In this document: in pieces, positions 19,201 to 28,100 of the stretch | Position numbering within the stretch: position 1 is the first letter of the stretch | Layout of the letters: the number at the start of each line of letters is the position of its first letter | Virus record (IMG/VR): IMGVR_UViG_2889049205_000001 | Span: 1-64,000 of that record | DNA: 64,000 nt | DNA from: a virus | Lineage: Duplodnaviria > Caudoviricetes | Direction: 5' to 3' (one strand) | Program-made: the position numbers and the translations under genes | Notes under the pieces: generated by a model | Databases searched by the model: none | Seen by the model: only the letters and a program-made list of their open reading frames with translations | What the model was told of the DNA's origin: nothing

Positions 19201-22200
19201 CACCTCGCCAATCGAATAGATTACAATCACATCGCCAGGCATAATTGCCGACCCGTGGAGCTCAAAATCTTTACCGTTTACCGTGTAGCCATTGCTGGCA
19301 TCTTGCGGGATATCTGCTCCGTCATGCTTCACTGATTCAATTTTGATCGGATCAGATTCTGTAAATGAGAAAGCGCTGCGCATTGGTAATTCTTCGACTT
19401 TCCGGCCGCCGGCTTTGTACTCAATCCGGACCACATCTGTGCGCTGCAGAGCAGATGTTAATGTAATCGTCTTCTGATTTGTCGTGAGATCTGTCGTGAC
19501 CGTGCCGTTGATTTTAACAATTACCGTGCCTGGATCCGGCAGATAATCCATGGTGAATGATTGAGTTGGCGCCCCCATGTTATGCGTTACAAGATAGGCG
19601 GTATCTTGTGGTCCGGCATTTCTCACGATGACAGTCCATTCGCCTGGATCCGGATCAGTGAAAGTCATCAACTCCTGTCCATCTTGATCGCCACCGAACG
19701 CATATTTCGAGCATGAGCTGCGGTCCATTAGTTCAAGTGCATGTTCGCTCCATGTGCCGTTCATGAAGTTCAGCCCGAACGATTCGCCGCTCGGCGCCAC
19801 CACGTTCAGATCCGGATACTCTTCGCCAGCATCACTCATGAAGCTACCTGAGATCGACAGAATCGGCTGGCCAGCTGCAACTTCTATGACGGCTACCGTC
19901 TGAAACTCCTTGGCTTTAATTGTCCCTCTGATCGGCTCGCTGCCAGCCATATAGGATTGGATCGCCTGTTCGCCAGGGAAGTATGCTTCTACATCCTCCG
20001 TGTTTACATTGAAGATCTGCTGCTTACGCTTGTAGTCACCGCCTACCTTGAAAGCCTGGCTCCGAACCTCGGTGATCTGTGGGAACTTGTAATAGGTGCC
20101 GAAGAGTCCACCTTGATCGCCAGGGATCTGTTCGACCCAAGTCGAGATGAATGGGTTTCCACTTGTCACCTCAATGTGATCGACGATCACATTGTGATCG
20201 TAATTTGGATCATCCGTGGGCTGCACCTGCACTGGCTCTGTAATGATTGTGAAGGCGTCTCGCTTTGCTTCAAACGTTCTTGTGTCTTCCTTCCACGGCG
20301 TGAACCAATCCGTGTACCAGATATATTTGTCCATGTAGCTTGAAGAGAAGGTGATCGCTTTCTTGTATTCGTTGTAGATAAATGTCACCCTGGGGTCATC
20401 TACTTCAATGAAAGGCCCTTGGATATGTGTCAGGTTTTCCGGAAGGAACACAACCTCGGCCGGCACGTCTACCAGATCTGCTTTGCCCAGCTGCTGGGTC
20501 ATGTACGGTCGCTTGCCGTTCACTTTTCCGTAACCAAGGTACTGGCCAGAAGTCCATGGAATATAACGTGGATCCGGGTCACAGACAACGACAACACGAT
20601 CGGCCATGATGGTAGTTTTTATAATTGGCGTACTCGTCATTGGATTGTTCTGTGTGGCATTCCGTGTTGTGAGACTCGGATTGCTCTCCCAGTACATCCA
20701 GACATGCGGCTTGCCGATTGGGGACTTCTGCAGCAGGAAATGAACGTCCTCATAAAAGTAAGGCATCGGCGTATTCTTGTAGGGCTCGACGTAATGCTCC
20801 GGCATCGGCGGGATCTGGATATAGAGCTTCTTGCTGCTCGTGACCGTGCCCTCGTTATGGATGTCGGCCGGGAAGATTCCCTTATACCACTCCGTCGTTT
20901 TAAGCATAAGAATGTCATTGCCGTTTGTCGTGATCTTGCTTCCGCCGCCGCCGGCCCATTGGATCTTATCGTAGTCCGGATTCACGGTCCCGCTATTGTT
21001 GAACGTCTCAAGTGCATACTCGACCCAGCTCCCGCCGCCAAAGTCAGCAACGAGTGGCTTCATTACCCAATCTTGATAAGCATAGATCGTCTCCACAAAC
21101 GACTTCTCCGTTACCTTCTCCTCCGCCTGCGTCATCCACATCGTGAGCTTTTGATTATCGTCCCACGCATATTGGTTGTCGTCTTTGCCCGGCTTAATTA
21201 GCGTGAACACCGGCACGACATTCGATAGGTCCGGATGATCTTGCCTGAATTTGGCGATCTCGACTTGGAACAGGCGATTGCAATCCTCAATGACTACATT
21301 GCCTTTTTCCTTGCCGATATTGTCCGGCGTAATCATGGCTTTGCCGTTCTTGGTTGCAGTGCTCGATATGACTTCACCAGCATTGCCAGGATTAAACGAT
21401 TTGACCTTCACTGGGCCGCCGATGGAGGCCGTGATAGATCCAGTTGTAGGATTCTGCACTTCGCCCTGAATCGATATGACTTTATAATTTTGCGGCGTCG
21501 ATCCAATCTTGGCGATTAGGCTGGGCTTGATGTACTGGTCGGCGTTAGTAGATACCGTCTTCTCCCCGGTGCCTGTGTAGCTATCCCACTCGGTCGAGCC
21601 GGTTACGGTTTTGTAGTCAGCAAAATCGATCTTATAGAACTGCACGGCCTGCGAGAAGTTCGCAATGCCGAAGCTGCCATTTGTCCATGCCGTCTTGCAT
21701 TCGAACATTTTCTGAAGCGTGTAATTCGGTGATGCCAGATACACTTCCACGGTATCACCAATACAGCGCACCTCGATGCTGTTGGTCTGCTCCATCACCC
21801 ACCCGAAGGTGTTCTGATCATTAGCCTGCGTGATTTGCGTCAGCTTGCCGTCCACAACTTTGTAGACCCTGAAGTGGTTCTGCTTCCAGCCCGTTTCGTT
21901 CTCGTAGACATCCATACGGTCAGCATAGTCTCGTGATTTGATCATGTACTGATCCCATTCGCCGTTGTCGTTTCCAGTGAACACATCGGCGCCGTCCAAA
22001 TGCCCTGCCATCCGCCAGGACCCCGGTGTACGATCATGTCGCTCCCACATGGCCATATAGAAGTTACGAGCGTCTTTTGCCCGGAAGATCAGAGCAACTA
22101 CATCATCATCCTGTCCTCCGGTTGATGCATCAACGGTTGAGAGGATCGGCTTGAAGTCGGTCGATACGGAATAGTCCGTCTTGGAATAATGCTCCTTGGA

Positions 22201-22737
22201 GATAGCCCCGCTCCAGTGTGTCCGGTTCACAGTCTCGTAAACATACTCTCCGTTGGGCGCCAGTTTCCACACATTATTGGCTCCTGCACCCACATAAGCG
22301 CTTTTACCAGAAGAGAAATCAAACAGCGACTTGGCGGAAACGGATCCGCCTACCTGGTAGCTCACGCCCCAATTGACACGATACTTCATGGCGTCAACGC
22401 CAACGACGCCGCCGATGTCTAACTTCACTTCCCAATCTCGCTCTACAGGCAATTTTCGCCGCTCCGTGATCTTGTATTCAAACTTCTTGCCGGGGTAAGC
22501 ATCAATCGATGCCTTGTAGGGAGATTCATTGTCATTGACGAATAGGTCTCCCTTGTACTGGATGCCGTATTGGAACGACAGCTCCGGATAAATCATTGCT
22601 TCATGCTTTCGTCTTCCCCGCATACGAGCGGCGTATTGGAACGGAAGCGTCTGGTTTTCGGATGATGGCTGCTTGACCTGCAGATCGTCATTGTCCCCGA
22701 TCCCGGAATGAAACGCATGCTTCTGCTCTTTGCTCAT
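16204..22737 (-). CDS. Very large virion adhesin/fibre protein (~2177 aa): two thrombospondin-C-like lectin domains, a PA14 domain and C-terminal Big-1 Ig-like domains
   Basis: DDDVVALIFR...NFYMAMWER and DDDMYGAIFR...NFYSFEWD; PA14 motif FAINWRGYI...VDDGFRLWID; Big-1 motif VSPKTLPADGLSKATITAQIKD. Start moved to the SD-supported ATG at 22737. Confidence 0.82.
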   Translation of the reverse strand: MSKEQKHAFHSGIGDNDDLQVKQPSSENQTLPFQYAARMRGRRKHEAMIYPELSFQYGIQYKGDLFVNDNESPYKASIDAYPGKKFEYKITERRKLPVERDWEVKLDIGGVVGVDAMKYRVNWGVSYQVGGSVSAKSLFDFSSGKSAYVGAGANNVWKLAPNGEYVYETVNRTHWSGAISKEHYSKTDYSVSTDFKPILSTVDASTGGQDDDVVALIFRAKDARNFYMAMWERHDRTPGSWRMAGHLDGADVFTGNDNGEWDQYMIKSRDYADRMDVYENETGWKQNHFRVYKVVDGKLTQITQANDQNTFGWVMEQTNSIEVRCIGDTVEVYLASPNYTLQKMFECKTAWTNGSFGIANFSQAVQFYKIDFADYKTVTGSTEWDSYTGTGEKTVSTNADQYIKPSLIAKIGSTPQNYKVISIQGEVQNPTTGSITASIGGPVKVKSFNPGNAGEVISSTATKNGKAMITPDNIGKEKGNVVIEDCNRLFQVEIAKFRQDHPDLSNVVPVFTLIKPGKDDNQYAWDDNQKLTMWMTQAEEKVTEKSFVETIYAYQDWVMKPLVADFGGGSWVEYALETFNNSGTVNPDYDKIQWAGGGGSKITTNGNDILMLKTTEWYKGIFPADIHNEGTVTSSKKLYIQIPPMPEHYVEPYKNTPMPYFYEDVHFLLQKSPIGKPHVWMYWESNPSLTTRNATQNNPMTSTPIIKTTIMADRVVVVCDPDPRYIPWTSGQYLGYGKVNGKRPYMTQQLGKADLVDVPAEVVFLPENLTHIQGPFIEVDDPRVTFIYNEYKKAITFSSSYMDKYIWYTDWFTPWKEDTRTFEAKRDAFTIITEPVQVQPTDDPNYDHNVIVDHIEVTSGNPFISTWVEQIPGDQGGLFGTYYKFPQITEVRSQAFKVGGDYKRKQQIFNVNTEDVEAYFPGEQAIQSYMAGSEPIRGTIKAKEFQTVAVIEVAAGQPILSISGSFMSDAGEEYPDLNVVAPSGESFGLNFMNGTWSEHALELMDRSSCSKYAFGGDQDGQELMTFTDPDPGEWTVIVRNAGPQDTAYLVTHNMGAPTQSFTMDYLPDPGTVIVKINGTVTTDLTTNQKTITLTSALQRTDVVRIEYKAGGRKVEELPMRSAFSFTESDPIKIESVKHDGADIPQDASNGYTVNGKDFELHGSAIMPGDVIVIYSIGEVSNTFTLNHQVGLEIQVFKNGAELDDTKFSITGNQLIVQREILAMNDWINIQSYVVLSEFDPTKDNYLGEFAFSQIDQAINFDWGASSPFDVQASGFTIMEAIEPEMDYNYDLDLEIVYPSTDPIDLSNFTNEWMIWNENPSDAGDWHGPPEAGYTEVTNLKNQSSRSGWYNPNHVSFSDYTFSFKVQERNSGDDDMYGAIFRFDPATKNFYSFEWDARGLSINGMAVYRNICTNPASAGSLTYTKDQLAYVPEPWTFGASETHTIKVELMGKRITVSTDDVQKIDFVDEDPAALMMGAWGPLTASQPKTYFWDFDITRYIKYSYLDDATLRHSLQASFARPISDKRVETLEVLAKTLTEEFTSDLQRFLAEHTDLQQDQLALSYIISQDSSSYPVYVGSVTGTEREKQTSDGSLTVISDVAAEPNTAPAKPQYGDYTEVDRDYLEPDLPTGVYVPQQPEPYIPPMTPPEDDTPNDGFAINWRGYICPPLDGYYQFNVQVDDGFRLWIDNKIVIDAWSDNASVEYGGSIFMEAGKTYPVNANYYENTGAAMVKLEWTIPGQERQVVGSEYLTPYLGYTVKAIIKEATPLPWSPMIHSGHYYFQDREFFLYAQPVKHIKTPVDNRVLVQPRPQQGSPVIVRDNTGGALRKVTFYDSNWNMTLENTESFSGNGYAAYYLSYSDIDPATLKVKVNGITVKPVFDLTKSSIQFMNALEFSDIIEVKYKLNYSYMLDYNYDVSGDVAMLTLHSNYVAESMKNMEILYEGAKNTPFYRAEEIVFNPLLNHNHRGFLYMTERTEDAVDRILITVSPKTLPADGLSKATITAQIKDLNNNPIENKRIEIYRDGEIIYTGMTNQAGEVYKLDQPIAPASRISKYEAICEGKSSTGLLNYYEPAVADRYHIVLNPSKTAIRSGQNEQTIITVSLKNENWIGLGDKSITISYKDTKGVTRSEVILTNSSGDAKIALNGINEIQGQIAVHANFDIGGETASNFIYIKVIGG

Positions 22738-22761
22738 GTGGCTCACCCCTTCGTAAGAGTA

Positions 22762-22783
22762 GCCAGCACCCGAAGGTGCTGGC
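22762..22783 (-). terminator. Hairpin with cUUCGg tetraloop downstream of the secreted-protein gene
   Basis: GCCAGCACC-TTCG-GGTGCTGGC, perfect 9-bp stem, followed by TACTCTT. Confidence 0.6.
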
Positions 22784-22791
22784 ATGATTGT

Positions 22792-23778
22792 TTATACCTG
22801 TGGTGTCTCTTGTTTGCTCCCACCGGAGTTTGCGTCCTTGCCCGCATTCAGGGAAACCCGATTCTTGTAATCCTGTAAAGCGAAATGGGCTTCTCTAAAG
22901 CTTGTCCAATCGGACTCCGGAATTTTGTCGAAGCTGGTCGCATACAAAATCATGTAGGCTTTGTCGTAGAAGTTATCGACCAGATACACGTAAGATTCAG
23001 CGTCGATCTCGTTTTGATCATACTTGAGCAGCCCCGCCTTTTCCCGATCCCAGATTTCTCTCCAAGATTTAGCTACACGTATTGCCTCCTGTAAACCCGT
23101 CGGATTATCCCTCAACTTCTCGATCATATCCGTTAAGTCGTTAGACTGCTGGACATAACCGGTCAGGAAGTAATCAAGCTCTGCATCCGGCAGTGTAGTT
23201 TTGTCATCCTCTTTGATCGGAGCGGCCGGCTGATCTGCTACGATCAAAGCGTGGAGCTCTTTCCAGTGCTGTTTCACAATCGTTTTGCGATGCCCGAATT
23301 GTGCCTCGGAAAGCACAGCATCAAGAGTTGTCCATTCCTTTGCGGAAACCTGCTTCGTTTCTTTGCTCAAAACGGAGAAGCCAACTCTATACATTCGATC
23401 GATGTGGTAGATAATATTGTTGATATCCGTATTGTACTTTTTAATCAGAACGGGCCGGTCCTTGTTCCATTTGGCGAGCCACTGCTTTCCGAGTTTGTTC
23501 AGGTTGGCTCTGGTGTTCGATCCGTCCTTCGTTGTCCTTACATAATCCCCAAAAGCTGTCGCTGAGCTAAAGTTGGTTTCTGCCAAAGCGTTTATCTTCT
23601 TGTCGCCGAAGTTTAGGTTTGGCGTCTTAATCATGCTGTATAGCTCGTCGATCTCGGCCTTCGTGAGCTGAGCAACAGTGGTCTTTGTTGGATCAACGTC
23701 TGCGAAGCTGACTCCCGGTACGATGATCGTAAAGATCATAGCCAAGAGGATAAAGCTGCTTAAAATTCTTCTCTTCAT
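22792..23778 (-). CDS. Secreted alpha-helical protein with an internal duplication (moron-like, 328 aa)
   Basis: Sec signal peptide MKRRILSSFILLAMIFTIIVPGVSFA-D; its own promoter and downstream hairpin. Confidence 0.85.
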   Translation of the reverse strand: MKRRILSSFILLAMIFTIIVPGVSFADVDPTKTTVAQLTKAEIDELYSMIKTPNLNFGDKKINALAETNFSSATAFGDYVRTTKDGSNTRANLNKLGKQWLAKWNKDRPVLIKKYNTDINNIIYHIDRMYRVGFSVLSKETKQVSAKEWTTLDAVLSEAQFGHRKTIVKQHWKELHALIVADQPAAPIKEDDKTTLPDAELDYFLTGYVQQSNDLTDMIEKLRDNPTGLQEAIRVAKSWREIWDREKAGLLKYDQNEIDAESYVYLVDNFYDKAYMILYATSFDKIPESDWTSFREAHFALQDYKNRVSLNAGKDANSGGSKQETPQV

Positions 23779-23818
23779 TCTGTCATCTCCTAGTCTTTGG
23801 TAGTGGGCCTATAGATCC

Positions 23819-23848
23819 ATTATAGACGCATTACCAAAATCATGTAAA
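23819..23848 (-). promoter_or_regulatory. sigmaA-like promoter for the secreted-protein gene
   Basis: TTTACA-N18-TATAAT about 40 nt upstream of the ATG; GTAATGCGT half-site in the spacer. Confidence 0.6.
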
Positions 23849-23875
23849 TGAGAGAATATCAGATTTTAAGAGATA

Positions 23876-25267
23876 TTAAGAGAAAACAGGAGATTTTGGC
23901 TCAAACATATAGTTTTTCCAGACTTCAATGTCGGAATCCCACATATTCGGTAAATAACCAAGTCCAGTGAGCGAGGCATCGATAGTATCCCAGAAACCTT
24001 CGTCCCAGTTGAATTTGCCCCACATGATCGGCGCAACCTGATTGATATAGGCAACCCAGTTTTCCAATGTCGCCGTTGCCTGGCCGTCTTGCTGATACAT
24101 CAAAAGATGCAGCTCTTCATCCTCCTGATCGTGAAGCTCATGCTTCTTGATTCCTTGGATAAAGGATACGACATGCTTGTTACCCTGATTGACGGCTTGA
24201 ATAATGATCGTGCCGTCGGCATCCACGGTGTAGGTGTTCAACTGCAGCGGCCGTCCATCCAGGCGCAGTGTTCGCTCATCAATCCCTTTTCCCTTGATGA
24301 CGAGGTTCTTCAGGTCATTATTCCAAGTGATCCGCTTAATCAGGTTCAGTTCACGACCAAGCGCATGGGTAAGTCCTAGATCACTGCTGTTTGCCGGGTA
24401 CCGGAATGCATCGAGGATCCGCTCTTTGTAATCGACGTTCTTCTCCTGATGGAGCCGCTCGACGCCGGTCAGCAGGCCGAACTCATCAAATGGATTCCAG
24501 ATTTGATGCGGGATCGGCGTGGCCGTGATCGAGCTGCCGTTGATGACGATTTCTAGCGGATTGTACTTGAACTGCGAATACATCCGACGCTTGGTATAAT
24601 CAACGATCGCTCCTTCTCCCAGCTTATTGAAGAAGAAGCTCTTGAGATCCGGAAGCAGCGGTATGACGATGCCGGCAGATCGAAATACAGCTGTATCTTC
24701 GGCATTAATGATCGGCAGCTCATAGATAAACACCCAATCGATCATGCGAGTATTTAGGAGCGGAATGAACTTTTGGCTCTTGATATCGTCGATGTCATCT
24801 TCGGCCACTTCGATCTGCATGGCAAGATAGTTCATGAATCGCTGCGCATTGCTTTCCTTAGACTGTCGAATGAAAGTCCAAAGCGGGAACTCGTCTCCCG
24901 TGGTCTCTTGAGTTTTGTCTGAATACCAATACTCGTTCATAAATATGGCGATCGTTCCAGACACATTGATCCGGCAGATGAGCTGCTTCTGCGTGGCATC
25001 GACTGTTGTAGCCATCTTTGTCCATTTCCCGGCTTGGTGCAGGCAGATCACTGCATACTTCGCTTCTGTCTCCGTCAGCCGGTTTGCATAATCAAAAGCG
25101 ATAGTAATCGCTTGGCTGGCCGCTTTGGATTCGATCTCATATTGAAAGGGTGTCGGCCGGTAAGCTTCGTACATCGGGTCATCGACAATGACCGGGTGCT
25201 GCTGCCATTCGGCGACAATGTTTTTCTTGAATGTCGCCCCTTTTTCGCTGGTTAGGATTATATCCAT
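23876..25267 (-). CDS. Baseplate wedge-like protein (P2 gpI / T4 gp7-like core), ~463 aa
   Basis: Motif FDEFGLLTGVERLHQEKNVDYKERILDAF...GLTHAL resembles gpI-type wedge proteins; start moved to ATG 25267. Confidence 0.6.
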   Translation of the reverse strand: MDIILTSEKGATFKKNIVAEWQQHPVIVDDPMYEAYRPTPFQYEIESKAASQAITIAFDYANRLTETEAKYAVICLHQAGKWTKMATTVDATQKQLICRINVSGTIAIFMNEYWYSDKTQETTGDEFPLWTFIRQSKESNAQRFMNYLAMQIEVAEDDIDDIKSQKFIPLLNTRMIDWVFIYELPIINAEDTAVFRSAGIVIPLLPDLKSFFFNKLGEGAIVDYTKRRMYSQFKYNPLEIVINGSSITATPIPHQIWNPFDEFGLLTGVERLHQEKNVDYKERILDAFRYPANSSDLGLTHALGRELNLIKRITWNNDLKNLVIKGKGIDERTLRLDGRPLQLNTYTVDADGTIIIQAVNQGNKHVVSFIQGIKKHELHDQEDEELHLLMYQQDGQATATLENWVAYINQVAPIMWGKFNWDEGFWDTIDASLTGLGYLPNMWDSDIEVWKNYMFEPKSPVFS

Positions 25268-25320
25268 ATCATCACGTCCTATGCAAGACATTACACACTT
25301 ATTATATCAGAACCTGAACA

Positions 25321-25362
25321 TAAAGAAAGAGCATTTCCACACGAGGCAGAAATGCTCTTTCT
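25321..25362 (-). terminator. Intrinsic terminator after the FN3 gene
   Basis: 14-bp inverted repeat AGAAAGAGCATTTC...GAAATGCTCTTTCT with a U-rich 3' end. Confidence 0.7.
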
Positions 25363-25373
25363 GGTCCGGACGA

Positions 25374-26012
25374 TTACAGAGAGTCGTCGATGGCCGATAC
25401 AACATAGCTGTATTGGACACCGTTCTCGACCGTGCTATCGTCATGCAGCGTAACGCCAGCGCCGAGCTGCAGAAGGAACTGATGCTCTCCAGCGTCTGTA
25501 GCGACCTTACGGTACAGGCGGTAGCCTGCGAGGTTTTCGTTCTTCTTGGGCGCTGCGCCGTCGGTAACAGCATCCCAAGTGAGTCGGATGATTCCGTCGC
25601 CGGAAGTTGCAACCAGGTTCACAGGGATCGATGGGATCGTCTTCACAGCCAAGTCGTCGGAAGTTTCGCCTTCGTTTGGAGTCAGCTCATCATCAATTGC
25701 GGAAACCGCATAGATGTAAGATGCTCCGTCCAATGCAGTCGTGTCATCGTAAGTCGTAACTTGCGAAGAAGTCGTTGCTGCAACGGTGCCGATGGATGCG
25801 AACGAATCGCCTGCAGAATCCTTACGGTAGATGCGGTAGCCAGCCAAGTCGTCAATCGCCGTCTCATCCGAGTTCAAGGTAACTGGATCCCAGTTAAGGG
25901 TCACTTTGCCTTGGGCTACGGAATAGATGAGGTTTAAGACTTTGGCAGGCGATAGCGTATCACCGGCTGTAGCCAGGACTGCTGCGGATCTTAGAGATTC
26001 CAAGAATGCCAT
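25374..26012 (-). CDS. Tandem fibronectin type III domain protein (212 aa), probable virion decoration/fibre protein
   Basis: Two FN3 repeats: VTLNWD...LAGYRIYRK...YIYAVSAIDD and IRLTWD...LAGYRLYRK...YSYVVSAIDD; strong SD. Confidence 0.85.
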   Translation of the reverse strand: MAFLESLRSAAVLATAGDTLSPAKVLNLIYSVAQGKVTLNWDPVTLNSDETAIDDLAGYRIYRKDSAGDSFASIGTVAATTSSQVTTYDDTTALDGASYIYAVSAIDDELTPNEGETSDDLAVKTIPSIPVNLVATSGDGIIRLTWDAVTDGAAPKKNENLAGYRLYRKVATDAGEHQFLLQLGAGVTLHDDSTVENGVQYSYVVSAIDDSL

Positions 26013-26128
26013 TTGCCCTCACACTCCTTTTTTTTATTTAATCCCAGCAAGGGGGATTAGTAGGAAAATATTACTATATTATCGTAACCCTTTAGTTCGA
26101 TAAACTCAAAGTCCTACATTGCAATGCA

Positions 26129-26575
26129 TTACGCTTCTCCAATGGTGTTGATCTTTCTTTCGATATGTTCCTTTCGATTTTGCAGGAATTCTTCCGATTT
26201 CTTGTAGGCGTATCCCATATAGTCGAAGAGCCAGTCGCTGTTCATGGTTTTGCCATCTGTAATTTGGTGAATGCTCAAGATTGCATTGAGTTTACTTTCA
26301 ACTTCCTGGTCGTCAGCATTCAAACTAACGCCATTCATCTTCTTCGTCATGATCCGCATGAACCCGAACAAAATGAATTCTAGTGCCGATGTGCCTTGGT
26401 TTGGCTCAATCTTTTCAGATGCCATTTTGAACAGGACATTATTGACGTATACTTTGTCATCTTCTGGGAGTCCAGCGAAAACCTCTGGAGTCATTTCGCC
26501 GTCAAGTATCTGCGCTCTCAGGGCTGCCTCTCGTTTCACCGCATCGTCTACCAAGCTGATTCGTTCTCTAGCCAT
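26129..26575 (-). CDS. Hypothetical helical protein (148 aa), possible fibre assembly chaperone
   Basis: ORF with SD AAGGAGG; position directly after the fibre genes. Confidence 0.7.
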   Translation of the reverse strand: MARERISLVDDAVKREAALRAQILDGEMTPEVFAGLPEDDKVYVNNVLFKMASEKIEPNQGTSALEFILFGFMRIMTKKMNGVSLNADDQEVESKLNAILSIHQITDGKTMNSDWLFDYMGYAYKKSEEFLQNRKEHIERKINTIGEA

Positions 26576-26588
26576 CGTATATTCCTCC

Positions 26589-26804
26589 TTATAGTTGTTG
26601 GATCCGATTCGGATCTGTATGAATCAGCCATGTGAATTTTTGATTGTCCCAGGCTTGGCACCGGTCTCCATGGTCCACAGATAGTAGGCATTGCTTCTTT
26701 CCAGGGATAGTCTCCAGCCCATGTTCTGTTTTGCATTTTTCTGCAAGCGAGCATTGGTAAACCATGCCGCCGCCTGTCTGCGTTACTACTCCAACTTGTG
26801 CCAT
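26589..26804 (-). CDS. Small Cys/His-containing hypothetical protein (71 aa)
   Basis: SD GAGGAGG; fills the gap between genes; four Cys. Confidence 0.65.
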   Translation of the reverse strand: MAQVGVVTQTGGGMVYQCSLAEKCKTEHGLETIPGKKQCLLSVDHGDRCQAWDNQKFTWLIHTDPNRIQQL

Positions 26805-26823
26805 GATGATACCCTCCTCTTAT

Positions 26824-28089
26824 TTAGGACCAGGTGATTCCATAATTATTCAATGTAACACCTGGCTCCAATACCACTTTAATTCTCAGCTTCTTGTCTT
26901 TAGGCGAGACCCGATCCGTAAAATAAAACAACGTCTCTGGAACAATTCTCTCCCAGGTTGTACCATCATCACGAGAAATACTATATTTGCCAAGATACAT
27001 GCCTGTCTGACCCGAAAACGGCGCTGGCACCCTAGTATTCGGCCAACCTGGCGTAGATATTGCAGTAACATATTCATCATAGTGCGCAGAATCTTTATAC
27101 GAACCAGAGCCAACCGGATCGTCAAGCTTATAATAGCGCTCAAGCTTTGTTTCGTTTCCGGTCAATCTTTTGCTCATATTATCGGCAATTTCGGCATCCG
27201 TGCGAACGCCATTCCAGATCCTTACATCACTAATTGCACCGGAAAAATAATCGCTAGAATTGAAGCTTCCAATCTCTGTATAGCCTGTTGAAAAAACAGA
27301 CATGACTGCAGTCTGCTTTTTTTGTGCATCTAGCACGCCATTGATATAAAATTTCATCCGTTCCTGCTCATCGATGCTAATGGCAAGGTGTGTCCACACT
27401 CCACCAGGAATATTGGTGGCATTGCCAATATCGTAATTACTACTGTCCGCCCGCAGCGCCAATTTTCCCGATACAAGTGAAAGCGCCCCAGACTGGCCCG
27501 AGCTATCGTGCCCAAATCGCACAATCGTGCCCGATGCGCTGTTGCTATTTGGTTTTACCCATGCCTCCAGTGTGAAGGCGGCATATGGCCCAGACGGTAG
27601 CCCCCTAACGCTGGAATTCTTTATATAATCATTTCCGTCAAAGTAGGTAGCAGTTTCAGGCACAACATACTCTTCAACAACAAGCACTGCTTTTTCTGGG
27701 GCGCTATCGGCGATTTCAGTCGTGGTTATGATTGTTCCGCCAGTTACTTTTCCCTCAGTTGTATTAAGTGTGTATCCACTGCTTTTTGCAATATCAATAC
27801 CACTGCCGTCAAGGAAATCTTCAAACAACATATTTTGATGCTTGTACCGCAATGTCTTGGCAACTGCGTTGAGCTTGGCATTAGCCTTAATAATATTAAT
27901 CGTGTCATTAATGATTAGCTTATTTGCTTTGGCAACGACATGATCAAGAGACTGATCGAAATGGTCGATCCTGGCTTTGACGTTGGGGTATGAGCCCTCA
28001 ACGCCTGTGCTCAGGATGTCTTCTCTTGTTTTCTTTTGCTCCTTTGCCGCCTTATTGGCAGCCCCGTAGCTGATTACGTCCAGTCCCAT
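26824..28089 (-). CDS. Tail fibre/receptor-binding protein with a LamG (concanavalin A-like) domain
   Basis: FTLEAWVKP...WTHLAI...FYINGVL...FSGAISDVRIWN motifs; shared DVIS-type N-terminal module. Confidence 0.85.
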   Translation of the reverse strand: MGLDVISYGAANKAAKEQKKTREDILSTGVEGSYPNVKARIDHFDQSLDHVVAKANKLIINDTINIIKANAKLNAVAKTLRYKHQNMLFEDFLDGSGIDIAKSSGYTLNTTEGKVTGGTIITTTEIADSAPEKAVLVVEEYVVPETATYFDGNDYIKNSSVRGLPSGPYAAFTLEAWVKPNSNSASGTIVRFGHDSSGQSGALSLVSGKLALRADSSNYDIGNATNIPGGVWTHLAISIDEQERMKFYINGVLDAQKKQTAVMSVFSTGYTEIGSFNSSDYFSGAISDVRIWNGVRTDAEIADNMSKRLTGNETKLERYYKLDDPVGSGSYKDSAHYDEYVTAISTPGWPNTRVPAPFSGQTGMYLGKYSISRDDGTTWERIVPETLFYFTDRVSPKDKKLRIKVVLEPGVTLNNYGITWS

Positions 28090-28100
28090 ATAGACTCCTC

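Noticed and set aside
22762-22783. N4-type template-strand hairpin promoter for the virion RNAP (also 9576-9593)
   Set aside because: The stems pair best as UUCG tetraloops directly after stop codons, and virion-RNAP promoters would be expected at early genes rather than in the late module.
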